Source: Podarcis tiliguerta (Eukaryota). Taken from it: 64,000 bases of DNA. Where the stretch lies: NCBI GenBank assembly GCA_965153285.1, contig OZ229112.1. One strand, written 5' to 3'. A program made the position numbers and the translations under genes. Positions 24,276 to 37,637 of this stretch are shown one piece after another. The number at the start of each line of letters is the position of its first letter. The first letter of the stretch is position 1. Below the pieces are notes generated by a model, which was not told where the DNA came from, did not search any database, and saw nothing but the letters and a program-made list of their open reading frames with translations.

Positions 24276-24375
24276 CTGCTTCTTTGGGTGTTTGTTTAGC
24301 AGGGCTAAAAATAAGACGTAACATCTGGAGCAATCTGCCAAAGCTGTACAGCAGTCATTGAAGGAAGAAAGTTTG
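24276..24375 (-). CDS. ARMC2: ARMC2 exon 12: KLSSFNDCCTALADCSRCYVLFLALLNKHPKKQ
   Basis: atacag|C, CAG|gtcagt, 100 nt. Confidence 0.95.
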
Positions 24376-24697
24376 CTGTATGTTTAAAAATAATAACATG
24401 CATCAGTAGGGTAACTTTTCCAACAGTTGTCCCCTGCTCTTGCCCAAGCCAAGTCATTTGCTCCATTTTTAAATATTTTTCAGTGTTCATACTGATAGGC
24501 TAGGATTCTGGTCCAATTCAGTAAAGGTAAGGATTATATAACAGAGGAGCTGAGCCGTTATGAATGAATAGCTAATTATACTGCATAGGGCAATGACAAT
24601 CAAAAGCTGAATCTGAGACCTCCAGTTAAAGTGGAAGACAAGAAAACCTTTGCCTCCTTGGGACCCAGACAGAATGCTAAATCTAAGGTTTCAGCTA

Positions 24698-24852
24698 NNN
24701 NNNNNNNNNNNNNNNNNNNNNNNNNNNNNNNNNNNNNNNNNNNNNNNNNNNNNNNNNNNNNNNNNNNNNNNNNNNNNNNNNNNNNNNNNNNNNNNNNNNN
24801 NNNNNNNNNNNNNNNNNNNNNNNNNNNNNNNNNNNNNNNNNNNNNNNNNNNN
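24698..24852. other. Assembly gap (155 N) in ARMC2 intron 11
   Basis: Direct read. Confidence 1.
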
Positions 24853-26311
24853 GCTAACATGCCTCAAAGGAAAGTGCAAAGTAACATGGATCTTCAATGT
24901 GGGCAAAGGACAAGTAGCAGCAGCATGACCCCCACAGCCCCCTCCCTTACCTCCTTTTCTTAAGAACCTAAATGCAGTTATCTGGGAATCAGTTCTACTG
25001 AACTCAATGGGGCTTATTTATGAATAGACACATAGAGGATTGCACTGTAAAACCCTTCCTTCCTTGTCATGCCCCCTCAATAAGGGAAGGTTCAGAAGCA
25101 GATGAAGCATCCATCACAGCTGTTCTGGGAAAGAAAAGGCTTTATACTGACTGGTAGAGACGATGGTAGGGTGAGATAGTGGAGTGCATCACTGAATTGC
25201 ATTGCTACACCTAGAAGTGATGTTTACTCAGAGTGCAAAGGTAATCAAATGGTGCCACAGAAATACTGGGGGGGGGGGGCAGGGAGAAGCAGGGCATGTG
25301 CTTTTCCTTATTTCAGCTGGAAACAGTGACAGAAAGGAGTGTAATTGGGTTTATGGGTTGTTGACAAAGGGTCCATGGGTTTCAAAAAGAGCAAAATGAC
25401 ACTAAATCCAAGAAACATATGAGCAGGGTGTGTGGTCCTGTGACAATGGGATGTGATAACAGTGAGAAGTGGTATGGAACAACCGAGGGCTACAATGCAC
25501 AAACAATGTACAAAACGGATATGAAAAATGGATTTGCAATGGAGGTGTAGAAGAGCCCATTAACAGTTGCTCTGGGAAATTTGAGATACAGGCCTTTCAG
25601 TGATTTGTGGACATCCTTCCTTAACTGATTATGCCAAGGATTGAACCTAGGAATGTGTATGTGCAAAGGAATTGCTTCCCAGTTCAATTCCTACAGAAGT
25701 TCCTTTCATGATTTTTGCATGGGGTTCTTGGCCTTAGCAATGCCGGTGACTCAAAGGAGAGGCCAAACAGAGATTTAGTTAATAATGTCATACGACTTGA
25801 GGAGGCGAAACACATTTAATTCTGCAAGTACAGCCTGCATGTGCAACTGGGTCCTATTTCAGGCAAGGCAAATGCAAGCAGTGGTGCCACCAGGTCAGAA
25901 CTTTGGGGTCCAGGGCCTCACTCAGTGAAATTAGCAAAACACCAGAGAGCTAGCTTGCCATGTTGTGAAGTAAGCAAAATAACCAACACTGCTATTTAAA
26001 GAGAAAAGGGGCACCATAAAAACCACGAAGTCCAGGGTCTAAAATTCCCTAACTGCAAAGAAGCTGACTTCGGTACTTAAGGACTGTTTCTGCGTATATC
26101 CATTTATGTGACTTAAGTCTATGAGGCAGAACATTTCCCCTTCAAAACAATATCCACAACAATATTTCAAGGATTAAAGCTGCACACATACAAAAGATGG
26201 TAGTACAAAATAAACCAACATGGCTGGGGATGGAGGTGAAGAAGTGGGTGCTGCAAGTATTTGCTCCATGGGAAACAAAAAACTGTATTGTATTTCTTTA
26301 AAGGACTTTAC

Positions 26312-26457
26312 CTGAATATTCTGGCCACATTGGTGCAGACATCCTTGTCGTTCATACGCTTCTCCAACATCAGACAAAGCTCTGGAATTGCTTCAGAGTC
26401 CAGGAGCTTGCACCTTGACTGAGGCAAGTCAACCAAGTTCCGCAAAGTGGCAGTGAG
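26312..26457 (-). CDS. ARMC2: ARMC2 exon 11: LTATLRNLVDLPQSR...DKDVCTNVARIF
   Basis: ttctccag|CTC, CAG|gtaaag, 146 nt. Confidence 0.95.
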
Positions 26458-27514
26458 CTGGAGAAAATATATTTAAACATGAATAAATCATCACATTATT
26501 ATCAGTCCCAGACACTTTTGAAAATTTAACAAGGTTAGATCTAGCCTAAGCCTCCTCTGATGGCCGCTCTAAGAAACTCTACAGACATGTATGAAATAGT
26601 GTGGATTATTTAAACTCTGGAATATGAAGCAATGATACAGACATAATTTTAAAAAACAGGATAGAGGACAGCACGAGTCGCATTTCTCTATTTTGAAAGC
26701 AGACAGTATGTTGTTCCTTCCCTGGAGACAAGTGAATCCATCTCCTCCTGCCTTTTGACCTGTCTTGTTCACTTAGTATCTCTTCATAACTGGGCAGGGA
26801 ACTACTGCATGTGCGTGTGATGATCCTTCCTTTTTTTTAGCCAAAATACTAGAGCAAACCATGACAGACACTCCTGGATGAAACCAAATTTCCTAAACCC
26901 ATTTCAATCTAGCTTCTGACCAAGGGTTGGGGCCAAGATTTACCTTCACCAGGAGATAGACAGAAGGGGTACAAATTCTGCCACTTTCAGCACCTTCATT
27001 TTCAGTATCCTTCTGGGCCAGCTTTGTGGATTAGAAGTACAGGATAATACTTTTGCAGTACTTCTACTCCTACCTTGCTGAAAGGATCCAGAAGGTGGTT
27101 TTAGGAGGCTGCTGCCCTTCTCTGCAGGAATTATCCTGCAGTGTTTCTCTTATATTTAACATCTGCATTCAACCGTTGGGGAAGGGGGAAGGTTGTCTTG
27201 CAGTTTGGAGTGAGATGTCACCAGTATACTGACAATACCCAGTTCTCCATTTCTTTTCCAACAGAACTAGCTTTAGCAGTTTCTTGAAATCAGTAATGCT
27301 TGCCCTGGATGAGATAACACTCCCCACAAAGAACCAGGAATGCATTTGGGGCATATTTCTGGATCTGAGTTTCCTCCTGGGTTGGTAAAGTTTTGCATGT
27401 GGCGCTCAGTGTGCCCCTTTCAGCACAAATTTCAATGGTGCCCTTCTTTAAACACACAACTTGTAATGTGCATGCCCTGATGACCTCACAACTTAACTAC
27501 TATATTACAGTTTG

Positions 27515-27985
27515 TGTAAAGCTGCCCTTGAAGATAATTAGATAATTCAGCTGGTTCAGAATACAGCAGGATATGTCCACCACTAACTGCATGGAGTATG
27601 TTATGCCATATTACAAGAACTTTGCTGGTCATTGTTGCCAGCCTAATTTCAATGTGCTGATTTTAACTTTATAAACCCTGCATGGATCCATCGTATTTGA
27701 CAATTTGTCTTCTTACACATGTACTTTGCTATGCCATAAAGTAGGAAGCATCAGTAGCAGAGACTGGTTTCTACCAGCAGTAAAGCTTTTTTTGACATAG
27801 CATCCACAAATCAGAGTTCACTGCACAGATTCCTTTCAGAAGGCAATTTAAGTGTTTTCTTTTTAGGCAGGCCTCTGGTTTGTCAGTGACTGAGAGCTAT
27901 GGCTATTTTAATTTTTGGTTCCACATGTTAATGCTGTTTAAATGTTGACTTTTTATATTTTGCCTTTCATGTACTTCAGAGCATT
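27515..27985 (+). mobile_element. Old L2 ORF2 3' remnant
   Basis: gctgcccttgaag...cagctggttcagaatacagcag (GLPLK..QLVQN) degenerate, collinear with the 44.9 kb L2. Confidence 0.65.
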
Positions 27986-28299
27986 CCAAAAGAAGACTAT
28001 ACATACAAACAACTGGTAAAGCCAGCAAGGACAAGATTGCCAATAGTGGGACAGGTGGTGGTGAACAGCAGCTTTGGGGGTTTTTTAAAGCTTCCTACAT
28101 TTTGGATGTGTTCATTTGCTACTCTATGAATAGCTAACCCACTGAACAAAAATAACAAAATGTGAACTGAGATATGAAGGAAGGCAAGCTGGGGTTGCTC
28201 TGGAACAGTGGCAGCTAGTTAAAGGGAGCTTGCCTTTGTAACAGAGCAACTTTTGTTTTTTCTGGAAGCTCACACGCAAACCATGAAGTCAACAACCCT

Positions 28300-28660
28300 T
28301 CAAGAATCTGGTATTCAGAGGTATACTTCCTTCCATGGAAGAAAACAATCATGGCTGGCAATAATTCCAGCAGTGAATTCTACACCCTATATGCTGTGTG
28401 ATGACATACTTCCACTTGACTGTTCTGAATTTGCTGCCAACTGATTTCATTACATGACCCTAATATGAAGAGAAAAGGATAAAAAGTCTCTCTATGCACT
28501 TTCTCCATCCCATTCATAAACTTATAATCCTTTCTCATATAGTTATCTTTTCCAAAAATATAAAATTCCCAATAATACTCCAGCCTTTCCTTGTAGAGAA
28601 CATGCTCCAATGCTTTCATTGTTTTAGTTGCTCTTTTCTGTATTGTCTCTGGCTCTGCTA
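28300..28660 (-). mobile_element. Degraded CR1 ORF2 3' fragment
   Basis: ORF 28380..28703 reads IQKRATKTMKALEH..YKERL..YKFMNGMEKV, typical CR1 RT C-terminus. Confidence 0.75.
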
Positions 28661-30092
28661 AGTTGTGAGTTATATCAACAATATTGTTCTCTTGGAGTTG
28701 CATCTCCTCTTCTACAGAGTGATGACCACAATAGTAATGATAATCTCGGTTAATTCAACATTAAAATCCCTCCAAATTGTAAACTTTCTACAAAGCACAA
28801 TACAAGCAAAAGGGGGGGTTGTTTTGATGAGAACTTTACCAATGACTCCCACTGCTAGACTTACATAAATGCCCTTTGCAAAGTGATCTGCATGTCCCCT
28901 CTACTCTTGTCAATAGTCAAACTCCAATTTCCATGTTTCATCATCATCCATACTGGAACAAGAGCTTTTTCATCGGCTGTTGCTGCTGTACGGAACATCT
29001 ATCTTGCATCTCTTTGCTTCACTGATTCTCTATCCCTTTTCTAATCTCCTCTGAAAATTGCCTCTCTGCTAGCTTGCTTTTGCCTCTTAAATAATAGAAT
29101 AGGGCATAAAGACATTTGATTCCATTCCTTTATCACTTTTTCCCCAACTTGCCAAAAGCATAGAAAGTAGTCAAAACCTTTTTTTTTTTTTTGCCTTCCC
29201 TTGCTGAAGTACTACTATTTTCTCATAGTGACCCCATGATTACTATACACTACAGTCCAACACCACCATATTGTTTGTGTGCATAACAGGTAAGATAGAT
29301 AACTGTAAGAGCATCAAACAGCACTTCCTATAAGCTTGCTCTGGATCCCTTTCAGGATTTCGTTAATCACTAAAATAAAGCACATGTTATTATATTTAGC
29401 AAAATAGAGCTTTTTTTAATTTATGTGGCAGAATGTTTTGGCTTCCAGAATACTTTTATTTTTCCATATCTTCATTATTTGTAAAGGGAATCCTTCTAAG
29501 AGTAATACTTCATTACCTCTTCATTTTCAAGTGATCATAGCAGCTACAATTGTATATGTAAAGTACAGGAAATAAAACCAGAGACTAAGATTCAAGAGAT
29601 TAGTAAGTATGTTGAAATAAGGGGTATGGCAACTCTAAACAAATTCATCTAGGCAACATGAGCTAGTCAGAGAAGATAAATTTGCACTACACTTGAACAA
29701 GATTTGAATGGATTTAAATAAGTGTGGAATGATAAATAGCAGTGATTGGTAATGCTTTCCTTTTGATATAAGGAAGCTCTAAATAAAATAAAGTTGGTGT
29801 TTTGTATTAACAAATGATAACCAGTAGAAATCAAAATATCTAAGGGGCAAAGTCAAAAGTGTTTTTAAAAGATAATTGTGTGTATCTTATACAGGAATAT
29901 ATAAATTGCTATCTTTAGTTATTTTTTATTTGTCCCTATATTTCCTATTCTTTACCATAACTTGTGAAGCTCCAACTGTTATACATAAATACACACGTAC
30001 CGGTTTTCTCCCTATCATTGTTTTATATTTCATGCAAAGTCTCAAGACTGGTCCCAAATCTTATCTGGTTGAAATAAAAGTTTAACTCTGAC

Positions 30093-30313
30093 CTGAACCA
30101 AGAGGTGTCCTGAACTGGAAAACCGAGCATCATTTTCATTAATTTCATTGATCTGCTTCATGAGTTGCAACAGTATTTCAACAGTTCCCTTGCTGACCAT
30201 CTCATTAATGAGCTTTGCATTTCCAGAAATGAATTTTATAGCGCCCATACAATAGAGAAAGGCCTCAGTGGTTGCTTGCAAGTCTTCAGCTCTCAGAACT
30301 TCTAGCAGAGAAT
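30093..30313 (-). CDS. ARMC2: ARMC2 exon 10: DSLLEVLRAEDL...SGHLLVQ
   Basis: ctccatag|AT, CAG|gtcaga, 221 nt. Confidence 0.95.
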
Positions 30314-31026
30314 CTATGGAGAAAATTGTGAATGCTAATCTGAACAATGCTTATTGCCTCTTACCTTGAAGTGACCAAGAGTGGGAGTGCCCAGACATTT
30401 GCACAAGGGAAATTCCCCACCTCCTCCTTCCCAAGGCAGCCTGCTGTTACACCCCCCCAAAAAAACCCTGTTCTGAAAAGGAACAGGGCTGGGATGAGGG
30501 GCTGCAGTATCAGGGAAACTGGCTGGAGGGAGCTTGGGTGAGCAAAGCTCTGATTCACACAAGCTACCGCCACCCAATTTTAGAGTGTACATATGCAAGA
30601 CTCTAAGTAATCAAAATGAGGTAACATAATTACTGATTACTTTCTGGTATCAAATACATTCACTACCTTCAAGATAGCAGGCTGGCTGAATTTAGATGTG
30701 AGCTGACATTTTTTTTGGTGCTCAGTTGTGGTTTATTTGAGTTCAAAAGGTTAAAATAAAAACTTCCCTCCATCCTTGAAGTATCCAAGGCAGACATACC
30801 TGGATACTGAATAGTGTGGGAAATTCAGAGTGCTTTATGCTCGGGGGGGGGGGGGGGGAGGGGGGAAGCAATCTAAAATCAAAATGCAGCCTGGAAATCA
30901 TTGCATTCCTGCTTCATTTCTAGACTGCTCCATTTCCCCCAACAAATTAAATGTGTATTTTCTCTTATAAATTACCCAAGAAATAAAACATGGGTACAGC
31001 CATGGTAGAATTTATAAGATACTTAC

Positions 31027-31129
31027 CCAATATTTGGTCATGTTGAATGATGGAATCATTTTTTTCATTTCTGCTTATTTTAAACACCAGTTTGCAGACA
31101 TTAAGCAGGTTCTTTCCACTTACTTTCAG
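31027..31129 (-). CDS. ARMC2: ARMC2 exon 9: LKVSGKNLLNVCKLVFKISRNEKNDSIIQHDQIL
   Basis: tttgcag|CTG, TGG|gtaagt, 103 nt. Confidence 0.95.
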
Positions 31130-31401
31130 CTGCAAATAACACAGGGAAAAAGCAACATCAGTGCAATCAATACTTGATGGGGAAATCTGTTTTAAATAGA
31201 CAAGGATCAGTGTGTCAAAAAAGTGCAGGAAGGACTTGATGGGTTCCCAAAAATCTTAAACTATGGTTTAGGAAGCTGGGGTTGTTACATCATAACTGGC
31301 TGTCTGGCATAATTAATCACAGAATTCTCAGACTCTCCTTTCCTAACTGTGCTCTTGAATTCCTGGGCAAAAGTGATATAACTGCTCCTTATCCAAACAA
31401 G

Positions 31402-31460
31402 CACACACACATATAAAGGTACATGCACACGCGCACGCACACACACACACACACACACAC
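31402..31460. repeat. Imperfect (CA)n microsatellite
   Basis: Direct read. Confidence 0.9.
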
Positions 31461-32453
31461 TGGTGAGAAGATATGGAAAGCATGCATGAAATACTACACA
31501 AAAATTTAATCAGGCATAACACAAAATAAAGGGTGCAATTCAAACCATTTATGCAATTTTTAAGTTCCACTGTTTTTGGTGTGAGAGATTTAAGCATGAG
31601 CTTGATTTCAATGAGACTACAACCTTTCATGGGCAATATATATTAAAAGCATAGAAACCAAAAGGCAACTAAATGACTCGTTCATATTCATGTGCTTAAG
31701 TCAGAGATCTTTACAGATGTGCCTAATTTTACCTGTATTGCACTCATGATTCTGAGGTCTATTTTTATAGGAGTGAAGGGTTTTTGTACCAATGCAGTTT
31801 AAAATCTAAAAATGAGAACGTCATGTCAGAATGGCTGACAAGACTGTTCCTGCACACCCATTACAGCCATTCAAGCTCTATTAAAATGTTCACTGAGTAT
31901 GAAAACTAAAAGTATGCAAATGAGTTTCGCCTCTTTCCCTCCAATATTTTCAACGTGGAATAAGAGCCTATGATACATAGAGCAGTGAGAGACTCATAAG
32001 ATTTTTTCCCCAGATCCTTAGGTTTTTTAATCAGAGATTTCATCTTTTTTATTGTGGGTTGCATTTTAATGGTTTATTTCTGACAGGAAGTTTCTGTGGC
32101 TTTACTTAACAATCTAATACATCTGATTCACTTGAGAGAGGCTTATAATTTTCCAGTTTGATGCATAGCACAGCATTAACAGACAAATATTCTGGATATT
32201 CTGGGGCGCTAAAACCAATAATACAAAACATATATTTGGGATACCATGTAGCAATACAGATTTTTGTTTTAATAGGGCAATTATTAAAAATCACATGCAC
32301 ACAGTATTTGTATTTCATACTTATAAAACTATATTAATTCAGTATTTTTGAACTTCGGGTTTAACTCTGTGTGTTCAATTTCACACAAACAGGGAGCTTA
32401 AAGCACATACAAAACATCAAATTGCACCATGATCCCTCCACACTTTAACTTAC

Positions 32454-32629
32454 GCCCAGAATAATTTTTGCAAGTTTCAGGCCAAGCGGATCCGAAGCAA
32501 TGTCAACTAATTTGTATAAAGTCTTCAGAAGCAAATTTCGTCTTTTAAATCGCTTGCAAAGCATATTTCCTTCCTCCAAGGCCTTATAGAGAATAGTACA
32601 GGCACAGCAAAGTCTTTCTACGTTGTCCT
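32454..32629 (-). CDS. ARMC2: ARMC2 exon 8: EDNVERLCCACT...LAKIILG
   Basis: aaatag|AG, GGC|gtaagt, 176 nt. Confidence 0.95.
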
Positions 32630-32798
32630 CTATTTGATATGGAAAAGAATAAAGCAACATCAATTATCAAACATTTTTCAGAGTCACCAAGAAAAAACAA
32701 AACCATAAATTGACTAAAAGAAAGAGTTACAGAGATATAAGAAACTCAGTATCAAGCATGATTCTACAAACTGTAGCCTAAACCTGAAACCTTTAGGT

Positions 32799-33270
32799 CA
32801 GTGGTGAGGAATCTCCAGCCCACGGGCCTAATTAGGCCCATCAGCTCTCTCCATTTGGTCTGTACTGTAATGCCATTTTGGCCAAGCTGCGCCCACCTGC
32901 CCTATTCATAGATGCCATATATGATGTCATATGTGGTGCAGGTAAACATGTGGCTCAGCCAAAAGGGGTTTGCAGGCATCACTGATCAGCTGATTGACAA
33001 CACTTGCAAAGCACCTCAGGTGCTGTGAAGCCCTATGCACAATGCTTTGCAACCTTCAATGACCAGCTGATCCTTGGAACTTGCAAAGCATTGTGCATAG
33101 TGTTCTACAAGCACTAATGATCAGCTGACTCTCAGTGCCTTGCGGTTTATGCTTTTGCCCCCATGGTTTGATTTCACACCATGCAGGCAAAAGCAGGTCA
33201 CCTGATATCATGGTGATCTGCATCAGCTGAATGTCATCAGCATACTGATAGCGCACTGCCCAAATCTCCT
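32799..33270. mobile_element. Degraded hAT-like non-autonomous element
   Basis: cagtggtgaggaatctccagcccacgggcc terminus; internal repeats of tgatcagctga and ttgcaaagca. Confidence 0.5.
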
Positions 33271-33506
33271 AATGACCACTCACAGTGGCTTCGTGTACAT
33301 GTTAAATAGCATTTCCCCCTACCCCAAATCTGAAATGGCAGTCCTGATCATAGTGCTGAAAAGCGGATGTGGATCACGCCCTCAACCATAGGCCACAACA
33401 TATTACCAATGCAAGAACATTAATTGGAATATCAATTACTGGAAGTAAGTATCAGAAAATCTATTTTGTGAAAGTCATAACAAGTATCATAGAAACCATT
33501 ATGCAC

Positions 33507-33593
33507 CAGACTCTAATTCATGTAGAATTGGTAAAATTTTCATATTCCAGTAGTTTTCTTCCTCTTCTGTCTCATTAGCTTCCAAAGTATTTT
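33507..33593 (-). CDS. ARMC2: ARMC2 exon 7: ENTLEANETEEEENYWNMKILPILHELES
   Basis: atttcag|AA, weak CTG|gtgcat donor, 87 nt, phase 1-1; WNxxIxPILxELE motif. Confidence 0.88.
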
Positions 33594-34824
33594 CTGAAAT
33601 TTGAAAACATGTTATTAAGTGACCACACAATGAAACTTACACAACATATGCAAAACTGATTTTAACAACCATATTAATACTTTAGAATGTGTAAATGGGT
33701 GGAATCTTAACAATCTAAAGTACAGTATCTGCCTAAGCAATAAAAAATTATTTAAGGTTATTATTTTCAACTAACTCAATGTATGTTTGATTTTTTTTTT
33801 AAAGGAAACTTAAACAACAAAAATTGACAAGTTGAACAAAATGTCTTGGTGGTTTGTCAGTCATAACCACATCTTTGCAGTCTGGTCAGAGAAATGACAT
33901 TGGCTTGCATTTATTGGCTGCTGTTCTTAGTATGTAAATACAAAAGCCTTAGCAACACTGAAAGTCGAACCCTTCCAAGCTTACTGTTTCAACCTTTTTG
34001 CAGAAGCAATGGAAAAGAAATGCACTAAGCTTTACATATAAGTGAATCACTCTAACAGGTTCTTAGCAGTGTAAAATAGCTTGACTGCCTAATCTATGTC
34101 AATCTGTACTAAATGAGAATGTATATTGGGCAGCTGCATACGAATTCTAACCACTGCTAGCATATCATAATACTGAGTGATGATGTTCTTTTGCAGCTTC
34201 TGAATGCTCCATTAAAAAGACTTTTGTAATGGGTTGCTTCCAATATGCCTGTTTAGCAAATTAGAGTACCAGGCAGGTTGAATCACTTCTAGCCCAGTTT
34301 TTAATTAGAAGGGAACGCTCAAAAATTATATAAGTGAAACAAATCTAATGGCTATTTCAAATTTCAGGTATAGGTTATATTTTTAGTTAGAAAATAAATA
34401 AAACAGAACATCATGTCTATTCAGAAATTTGACAGAAACTTGACACAATGCAGCAAGGTGTGAAAGCTGGCATGGTGCAACTTTTAGATTTAGTTGGCAT
34501 GCTAGTATCAGGCACAATCTTTCCTAAGTACGTTTACTTGGAAGCAGACCCCAGTGAATTATTTCCAGGTATTATGTTACAACACCCTGTAAAATGTTAG
34601 CTGTGAGTACTTCTTGAAGAAAAATGTTGAGAAAGAACATAATTAGCAAATCACATGTCTGACTGCTATCACAATAAAAACAGCTTCATGAAAAAAATCA
34701 GATGCTTACAACTATGCATATCACTTATGTTTTCTAAATGCAAAGGTGCAACCCAACAGTGTACAAGAAAGAAAACCAGTAATTTTTTAAAAAAATCTAT
34801 GCTTAACCAAACGATGTGATGTAC

Positions 34825-34901
34825 CTGACACAGTTGCAGACTTAGTCCACTCAGAGTTTTCTGGGCATGATGAAGGACTTTCTTGCCCGTTAACCTGGTC
34901 A
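34825..34901 (-). CDS. ARMC2: ARMC2 exon 6: (C)DQVNGQESPSSCPENSEWTKSATVS
   Basis: tttttaag|T, CAG|gtacat, 77 nt, phase 2-1 exactly bridges the neighbouring exons; DQ..SSCP motif. Confidence 0.85.
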
Positions 34902-37413
34902 CTTAAAAATGGGAGATGAGATTAACACAGAGAAAACTGTAGGTACACATCATGTACATAGTAGCACTTTCAGCTTTCCATGCACACAACTGGGAAAGTT
35001 ATTTTTGGAAAATTGAAAGTGCACCTCAGTGCTGGTAGAACTTCACCAAATCACCCCCCAGGAAAATGCACACACTGTAGTCTCAGACTCTGGGGTTTTC
35101 TCAGCAACCCAAACTAGAACATAAAGGCCAACTTTCTGATAAACTGGAAAATTGGGCTTCCCCCCTAGCCCAATAACTTCCTATTATCTGATTGGGACTA
35201 CCAACCACAGCTCACAATCAGAGGATCAATGCAGAGGCTGCCAAGTGTTGACACTGTGAAACTTCTTGGCCTAAGTTAACTCACCACAATCAGTTTGGGA
35301 ATCTTATAGATAGAGCAGGAGTCTGTCTGCTCTGTCCAGCCTTAGCTAAGCAAAATAGCCATAAGTTTATTTACGTCTTCTGGTGCCAGTCTTGAAAGCC
35401 AACAGGCAATCCCCAGCTGAGGCAAAAGGCCCATCATCATATTATATACATTTTAACCAGCTAGTTTTAGGAGCAATGAAAGCCCAAATAGTATTTCCTC
35501 CTTTTGTGCTTCCACCTCACTGATTACTACCAGTACCGCTTGGGTTTACCATTATCATAAGTGAGACTGTCAATTGTTTAATACAGTTAATAATTTTATA
35601 TATTACTTACATTTTCCCACAAGTTGTATTTAAACAATATTTCACGAATCAATCAAAGCATGCTGCAGTTAAACCGTCAGGCCACAAGAGGCCGCCATTA
35701 TTGAACATAAAATACTGACAAACTTCTTTTTCTATTCAAGACTAAGAGAATCAACAGTACAAAGGATTTTGCTGTCATGAAACAATGAAGTGAATCTAAA
35801 TGTTAGCCTTAAATTCTACTTATGGTAATTTCTTAGAGCAACTGGTGCTCATGCAAAATGTATATATTAACATCTGATCTTCAAAAAAGGTATACATTTT
35901 ATATTTTCAACAAAAATTTCAGGTAGATTTTATTTTATTTTACAAAAAAACCCTGTTTGCTTTGAAATACTCATCTATCATTTCCATACTGCTTTGCAGT
36001 GTACAAAGCAGTTAAGAGTCTGTGAATTCTCATTTCTGAGCTCAATTAAGACTTCCACAAAACAACCATACATCCATCTCACCTTTAAAATCCCCACATT
36101 TGTTGGTGCTTGTGAGATATAGACAATTCTCTTAATTATGAGGAGTAATTATCTAACCATCCCATTATGCATATTAAGCTTCTGTAAACCAACTTGGGAA
36201 GGCTTTGCTGTGAAAGGTGGCATAGAGTACTTTTAAAGAAACAAGAGTTCTGCTTGAATTTCAATGGTCCCGTGGTAATTTGGTCACAAAATGTTAATAT
36301 GAAGCAACATTTACAGCCAGTGAATCCACTGGGCAGTTCTTATGGCTAGAAGTTCATGTCTAAGTTACTATCAAATTCCAGGAAAGGGGACACAAGGACA
36401 GGGGGAAAGGGGAGGAGGGGAACTAGAGCAGAAGCTTATGTTTGAATTAGATAGTTTTTTTTTACATCCCATAGGATTTTATACAACTCATACTTATGAG
36501 TAGGTCAATTGATTTCATTGGGTCTACTCTGACTTAGTTAGAGACAACCTTATAACTGTAAGCATGTACCTGAATAACATGGACATAAGAAAAATTAAAG
36601 GTGCCTATTACGTAGAGCAGTGCTTTTGTCAGTGTGAATACTAGAATTTAAAGAGCATCAATCCACTTACATAAGATTTTAATCCTACATACTTTGCTAC
36701 CATAATTAGGCATAGTCAAATCATATTCACTAAGCACAGCGAAAATGAAATAGAACAATCTGCCTCAAAACTGGAGGGCATGTAAACATCCAGCATTCAA
36801 AAGTAATATGGATAAGAAAAAGTGAAAATGTGCCGATAGAGATAAATCAGTTTAGGTGAATGTAAAGAAATTTAACTGCAACAGTAATTCTGCGAAGTGA
36901 CAAATTATTTGAGTGTACCTGCAAATTTAACAATTATCACTCTGTGCAAGGCATAGTCTCATCAATTATGAAGAACGGTAGATGCAAACCCTTTGCAAGC
37001 AAGTATTCACTTGGGGATGAAAACTAATTTCCAGCCTTGCTGCCATACAAAATGAGCAGAATGAAAGCAAATTTGGAAAAGCTCAATACGTTTTTGCGGC
37101 CCATGAAATCCGTTATACAAAATATTTTAGTATGAAGGGACATAAATCAGCTTAGGATGAAAACGAAGTATATTCTTTCCTTTATATCTGCCTCCTTCCA
37201 CCAACTTGCCCCCCCCCCAACTTTTCCTATTAAATTTCAAGTGCCCTGTGTTTGGCATCCCATTCTGCACCCATTCCTCATTGCCTTTCAATCTCTTTCC
37301 TTTTGTTTGGTCTTTCCAATATACCGTAGAATGTGCAGACTTGGATTAAGTCCAGGACACAAGCTGTTTTCCAATAGCTACATTCTAAACTGTTAGAACT
37401 GGTTATCAAATTA

Positions 37414-37637
37414 CCATATTTTTCGCTCTATAAGACGCACCAGACCACAAGATGCACCTAGTTTTTGGAGGAGGAAAACAAGGAAAAAAATATTCTGCTT
37501 TCACTGTGCAGCGATCCCTCTTGCTATTCTGGCTTCTGGGATAGCTGCACAGCCTGCATTCGCTCCATAGGACGCACACACATTTCCCCTTACTTTTTAG
37601 GAGGGAAAAAGTGAGTCTTATAGAGCAAAAAATACTG
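37414..37637 (-). mobile_element. Tc2/pogo-like MITE, second copy
   Basis: TA|CCATATTTTTCGCTCTATAAGACGCAC ... GTCTTATAGAGCAAAAAATACTG|TA. Confidence 0.85.

Noticed and set aside
30843-30866. Poly-G run as a functional G-quadruplex
   Set aside because: Simple homopolymer, common in this window and error-prone in assembly
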